Assembly (NCBI GenBank): GCA_964552045.1
Contig: CAZKFF010000002.1
Location: 3,855-67,854 of the forward strand
Length of the DNA: 64,000 nt
Reading direction: 5' to 3'
Source: an uncultured Candidatus Saccharibacteria bacterium
GTDB taxonomy: Bacteria > Patescibacteriota > Minisyncoccia > Phycocordibacterales > UBA918
Under the pieces are notes generated by a model. It made no database searches, had not been told where the DNA came from, and saw only the letters and a list, made by a program, of their open reading frames with translations. Below, piece by piece: positions 57,137 to 64,000 of this stretch. The number at the start of each line of letters is the position of its first letter. The stretch's first letter is position 1. A program made the position numbers and the translations under genes.

Positions 57137-57871
57137 AGCGAGCACATTGTTATGAAATTTGAGTTAAGAAAACTGTAGCGGGACACGAGTTCTTAAAGGA
57201 TTCTTGTGCCGCGAAAAGCGGTTTTTTTAAAAACAAAGTTCAAGGTACGATGCGATTTTTGAAAATTGCATATTCTACTCGGATCGGGTGTAGGATACCC
57301 GGTCCGGTATAAGTCCTGTGTGCTCGACACACACAGGCATGTTCGCGTTCTCGTCGTTACTACGTCACAGCGAGGACAAGAGCAAGCTTGCTTGTTTTTA
57401 GTCCGAGCGAAGACGAAGTAAACACCGCAAGGTGTTTGCTGTTTCGAGAACGCGAACAAAGGTAGTGCGCAGAGTTAAGATTATGTACAAACGGTACAGG
57501 GTCTTTTCGTCCTCTGCGCACATCAAAACACATCGAGTCTTCAAGAGTCGTATTTTCTCTTGAAGACACAACACACTCAAAAAAATTGTACAGCGGTGTG
57601 AGAAAGTCCGGTGGACTTTCGCAAGAGGTTGCCTGTCTGCTGTCACAGCAGCGACAACCTGAACAGCTCCTGTAAGGAGCAGCATTCCTTGCGAATTTCT
57701 CAGAGTCGACTTTCTTAATATCGTTGTGCATGAAAAATTGTACAGCGGTGTACAGCATTCCTTACTGCGGAGTGAGCGAGTGTCGCGCAAAAGTTTACTT
57801 TTGCATGACCGAGCGAACGAACGCAGAAAGGTAACGAGTACGAAATATCGCAATGCGATGTCCAGTATTCC

Positions 57872-60872
<3,001 letters not shown>

Positions 60873-60986
60873 GGAATACTGTACATCGATACAATTTTTC
60901 TTTGCAGTGTGGTGTAGCGATGTGTTTTGATCAAAAGTAGAATATGCACGTTTGGATATTTTGAAGTGGTAGAAGTATTACTTCGT

Positions 60987-61181
60987 CGGAGTATAGCGCA
61001 GCCTGGTAGCGCATCTGTTATGAGTGAAGTCCTCGTTACTCGTCGCCTTCTCCTCTCCGGAGGAAGGAACGAAAATCGAACTCTGATTCGCAGCGATGCC
61101 GCAGGGAGTCTGCACAACAGCTCCTAGGCTTCGGACTTCTGGAGCAGGGGGTCGAAGGTTCAAATCCTTCTACTCCGACCA
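60987..61181 (+). tRNA. tRNA-Pro (probably TGG) interrupted in the anticodon loop by a ~118-nt insert
   Basis: CGGAGTATAGCGCAGCCTGGTAGCGCATCTGT...GCAGGGGGTCGAAGGTTCAAATCCTTCTACTCCGACCA, a canonical Pro body with encoded CCA. Confidence 0.85.
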
Positions 61182-61310
61182 CTTCAATAGCTCGTCGTCT
61201 GAGAGAATGCGACGGGCTCGGCATCCCTCTTTTGAACCGCATTGAGAGAGGGATGCCACTACTTCAGAATATCCAAACACGTCGCACACGCATGCGTATT
61301 GAAGGTTTAA

Positions 61311-61419
61311 AGTTGGTGCTTTGGCCAAGAGGGTACACCTGTTCTCATTCCGAACACAGAAGTTAAGCTCTTCCGCACCGATGGTACTCCGCAAGGGGGA
61401 GAGTAGGTTGGCGCCAACT
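61311..61419 (+). rRNA. rrf: 5S ribosomal RNA
   Basis: CACCTGTTCTCATTCCGAACACAGAAGTTAAGC, GATGGTACT, GAGAGTAGG; paired ends. Confidence 0.96.
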
Positions 61420-61428
61420 TTAAGCTTT

Positions 61429-61470
61429 CAAAAGAAAAAGACCGAGGTTAACCTCGGTCTTTTTCTTTTG
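61429..61470 (+). terminator. rRNA operon terminator
   Basis: CAAAAGAAAAAGACCGAGGTT|AACCTCGGTCTTTTTCTTTTG palindrome. Confidence 0.85.
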
Positions 61471-61653
61471 ATGCCAACGAAATTTGCAGCTTAAAGGTGG
61501 CGCCCGTCCAGCGATTTGTCCTAGGAAGGGACAAATCGGGACATAAGTTCGCGATAGTTGCTGCGCTCGTTTGCCCACTTAACTTTAAGTCTGAGAGATT
61601 GCTTATGGGCGCTGTTACGTTCTTTGTACATCCTTTGTTATACTGCGTAATAC

Positions 61654-62967
61654 ATGAGAAATACCATTACCCATCCAGGCGCATCCAGCCTGGTCTATGA
61701 AATACGCGAGATCGTCGAGGTAGCAAAGAAGCTCGAGGCGCTTGGGCTTCCCATCATTTGGGAGAACATCGGCGACCCTGTAGCCAAAGGCGAGGGTGTT
61801 GCGCCGTGGATAAAGGAATACGCTTCACAGGCACTCCTTTTGGATATGACCTATGCGTATTCACCGACAAAAGGATTGCTGCAGACACGTGAGTACATTG
61901 CCACGGAACGCAACCTTGAGGGGGGGATACAGATCACCGCCGATGACATTCTCTTCTTCAATGGCCTCGGAGACGCAATATCGAAACTGTACAAATGTCT
62001 GCACCCGAATGTCCGCGTGATCGGTCCAAACCCTGCCTACCCGACGCATTCCTCTGCCGAGGCCGCTCATGCCGACCGACCACATATCACGTACTCGCTT
62101 GATCCGCACAACGGATGGGCGCCTGATCTCGAAGAAATGGAGCGGAAGATCCACGACCATCCAGAGATCGGCGGCATTCTTATCGTCAATCCGGACAATC
62201 CAACGGGGTATGTGTATCAGGAAGGGACATTGCGGAAGATTGTCGATATCGCCCGGAGGCATGATCTGTTCATCATTACCGACGAGATATATTCAAACCT
62301 TTCCTACGGCGTGCCGTACAAGAAGCTCGCTGCGGTCATCGGCGACGTCCCTGCGATCGCCATGCGGGGCATTTCCAAGGAGTTCCCCTGGCCGGGCGGG
62401 CGCTGCGGATGGATAGAGTTCTACAACCGCGACAAGGATGAGGATTTCAATATCTATGCAAAATCGCTTATCGATATGAAGATGCTTGAAGTCTGCTCGA
62501 CGACGCTGCCGCAGCTTGTGCTGCCGCAGGTAATGAGCGATGAGCGGTACTATCCGATGCTTCAGAAGCGGAGCGAGACCTATCAGGCCCGCGCGCAGCA
62601 TGCATATGATGAGCTCTCAGCCATACCGGGAGTGATCCTCCATAAGCCCAATGGCGCGTTCTACATGACACTCGTCTTCGAGGAGGGCGTGCTCACTGTG
62701 ACACAGTCGCTTCCGTTTGCCAGCACCGCGGTCGGGGAGGTTATGACTCCGCTCATTACCGATGACACCACGCTTGATAAACGGTTCGTGTATTATCTCC
62801 TCGCGGCAAAGGGCGTGTGCGTGGTGCCGCTTACCTCCGGTTTCAATTCAACGTATAACGGGTTCCGTTTCACCGTTCTCGAAGAGGATGAGAATGTATT
62901 CAAACAGACGATTGCGACGATCAAAGAAGCGATCACTGCATATACTGCCTCAGGGTCAAAGACCTGA
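61654..62967 (+). CDS. PLP-dependent aminotransferase class I/II (AlaA-like)
   Basis: NIGDP, NPDNPTG, TDEIY, GISKEFPWPGGRCGW. Confidence 0.92.
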   Translation: MRNTITHPGASSLVYEIREIVEVAKKLEALGLPIIWENIGDPVAKGEGVAPWIKEYASQALLLDMTYAYSPTKGLLQTREYIATERNLEGGIQITADDILFFNGLGDAISKLYKCLHPNVRVIGPNPAYPTHSSAEAAHADRPHITYSLDPHNGWAPDLEEMERKIHDHPEIGGILIVNPDNPTGYVYQEGTLRKIVDIARRHDLFIITDEIYSNLSYGVPYKKLAAVIGDVPAIAMRGISKEFPWPGGRCGWIEFYNRDKDEDFNIYAKSLIDMKMLEVCSTTLPQLVLPQVMSDERYYPMLQKRSETYQARAQHAYDELSAIPGVILHKPNGAFYMTLVFEEGVLTVTQSLPFASTAVGEVMTPLITDDTTLDKRFVYYLLAAKGVCVVPLTSGFNSTYNGFRFTVLEEDENVFKQTIATIKEAITAYTASGSKT

Positions 62968-62983
62968 ATGCTACAATAAACCC

Positions 62984-64000
62984 ATGTTTCGAAAGTGGGC
63001 ATTCTGGCGCCAGGTACAGTATGGAACGGGTTTTCTTTTTTTCTGCCTCTGTGTGGGTACCGTACTGTACATGCATTTCTTCTATCAGGCACCAAGCTGT
63101 CTTGACGGATTCCAGAACGGTGAGGAGAAGGGAATAGACTGCGGCGGAGCCTGTACGCGGATCTGTGCATTTGAAGCCCTTGTTCCCGAGGCGAAATGGG
63201 CCCGCAGTTTCAGAGTGACAAACGGGCAATACAATGCAGTTGCATACATTGAGAACAAGAACCGTATTGCAGCTTCGCCTGAGGTTACCTATACATTTGC
63301 CCTCTATGACGAACAAGGGCTCATCACAGAACGGAAAGGTACGACCATATTGCCACCCGACAGCGTGTATCCGGTCTTTGAGGCGCGGATCGACACGAAC
63401 GGGCGGACTCCGACCCAGACGTTCATCACCATTGACCCGGTCGAGCTGTGGCTTCCGGCCCAGATCGGACGCGATCAGTTCACCATCACCGACCGCAGGC
63501 TCTCCGGAGCCGACGATACACCGAAGCTCGAGGCGAAGATCCGCAATAATGCGCTCACGGGAGCGGACGAGGTCGAGGTGGTCGCGACTATCTTCGACGC
63601 AAGCGGCAATGCACTCACGTCTTCTCGAACCTTTATTGATGATTTTGCTCCCCGCAGCGAAGTGACAGCCGTCTTTACCTGGCCTGAACCGATAGCGAAG
63701 ACCGTTCGCAGCTGCGAAGTGCCGACAGACGTCATCCTTGCCATCGATCTCTCCGGAAGTATGAACAATGACCAGGGCAATCCGCCAGAGCCGATCACGT
63801 CGGTACTTACAGCGGCAGAGGCTTTCGTGCACCGGCTGAAATCGGCGGATCAGGCAGGCTTGGTCACGTTCGCCACAAACGCGGTACTACAGAAGCGGCT
63901 TACGTCCGATGTTGCTATAATCGCGCAGACTATCGCAGACCTTGCCATTGATCCGGAAGAAGAGGTCGGAAGCACCAACCAGGGAGAAGCGTTCCGCAGG
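62984..64000 (+). CDS. Membrane-anchored protein with Cys motif and vWA domain (3' truncated)
   Basis: MFRKWAFWRQ..., TM, PSCLDGFQNGEEKGIDCGGAC, later DVILAIDLSGSM MIDAS motif; frame appears to run off the window, so it is absent from the ORF track. Confidence 0.82.
   Translation, partial: MFRKWAFWRQVQYGTGFLFFCLCVGTVLYMHFFYQAPSCLDGFQNGEEKGIDCGGACTRICAFEALVPEAKWARSFRVTNGQYNAVAYIENKNRIAASPEVTYTFALYDEQGLITERKGTTILPPDSVYPVFEARIDTNGRTPTQTFITIDPVELWLPAQIGRDQFTITDRRLSGADDTPKLEAKIRNNALTGADEVEVVATIFDASGNALTSSRTFIDDFAPRSEVTAVFTWPEPIAKTVRSCEVPTDVILAIDLSGSMNNDQGNPPEPITSVLTAAEAFVHRLKSADQAGLVTFATNAVLQKRLTSDVAIIAQTIADLAIDPEEEVGSTNQGEAFRR

Noticed and set aside
57598-57625. RNase P RNA suggested by GAGAAAGTCC
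   Set aside because: The motif is closed in a local hairpin and the 3' P4 partner is not evident.
61023-61140. Group I intron in tRNA-Pro
   Set aside because: Too short, no recognisable P7/core motifs, and no U|...G| splice pair restores a 7-nt anticodon loop.

Overview
This window looks like a chromosomal segment of a Patescibacteria (CPR) bacterium, most likely Parcubacteria/OD1. That is an inference from gene content: rplK without rplA, an unlinked 23S rRNA, class Ic ribonucleotide reductase and IleRS with a His-phosphatase insertion. Most of it is housekeeping: nrdAB, a complete thymidylate/folate-cycle cluster with extra nucleotide enzymes, secE-nusG-rplK, argS, ileS, glyQS, metG, rpsF-ssb-rpsR, efp, recA, ftsK, rplJ-rplL with an L10 leader, a very acidic surface protein and a 23S-tRNA-5S unit with no 16S. 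Small orphan genes are interspersed. The most striking observations are four. (1) A complete tRNA-Pro(GGG) is nested inside the anticodon loop of a second tRNA-Pro(GGG) gene (52719-52917, minus strand). (2) A second tRNA-Pro, between 23S and 5S, is split by a ~118-nt structured anticodon-loop insert that fits neither group I nor clean BHB rules. (3) A nirK + FAD-oxidoreductase cassette is bracketed by a 126-bp direct repeat of the 3' end of a DUF1360 gene. (4) The dTMP cluster contains two HIT-fold proteins, a HIGH nucleotidyltransferase and a CofE-like ligase. All calls come from reading the sequence; no database searches were run.
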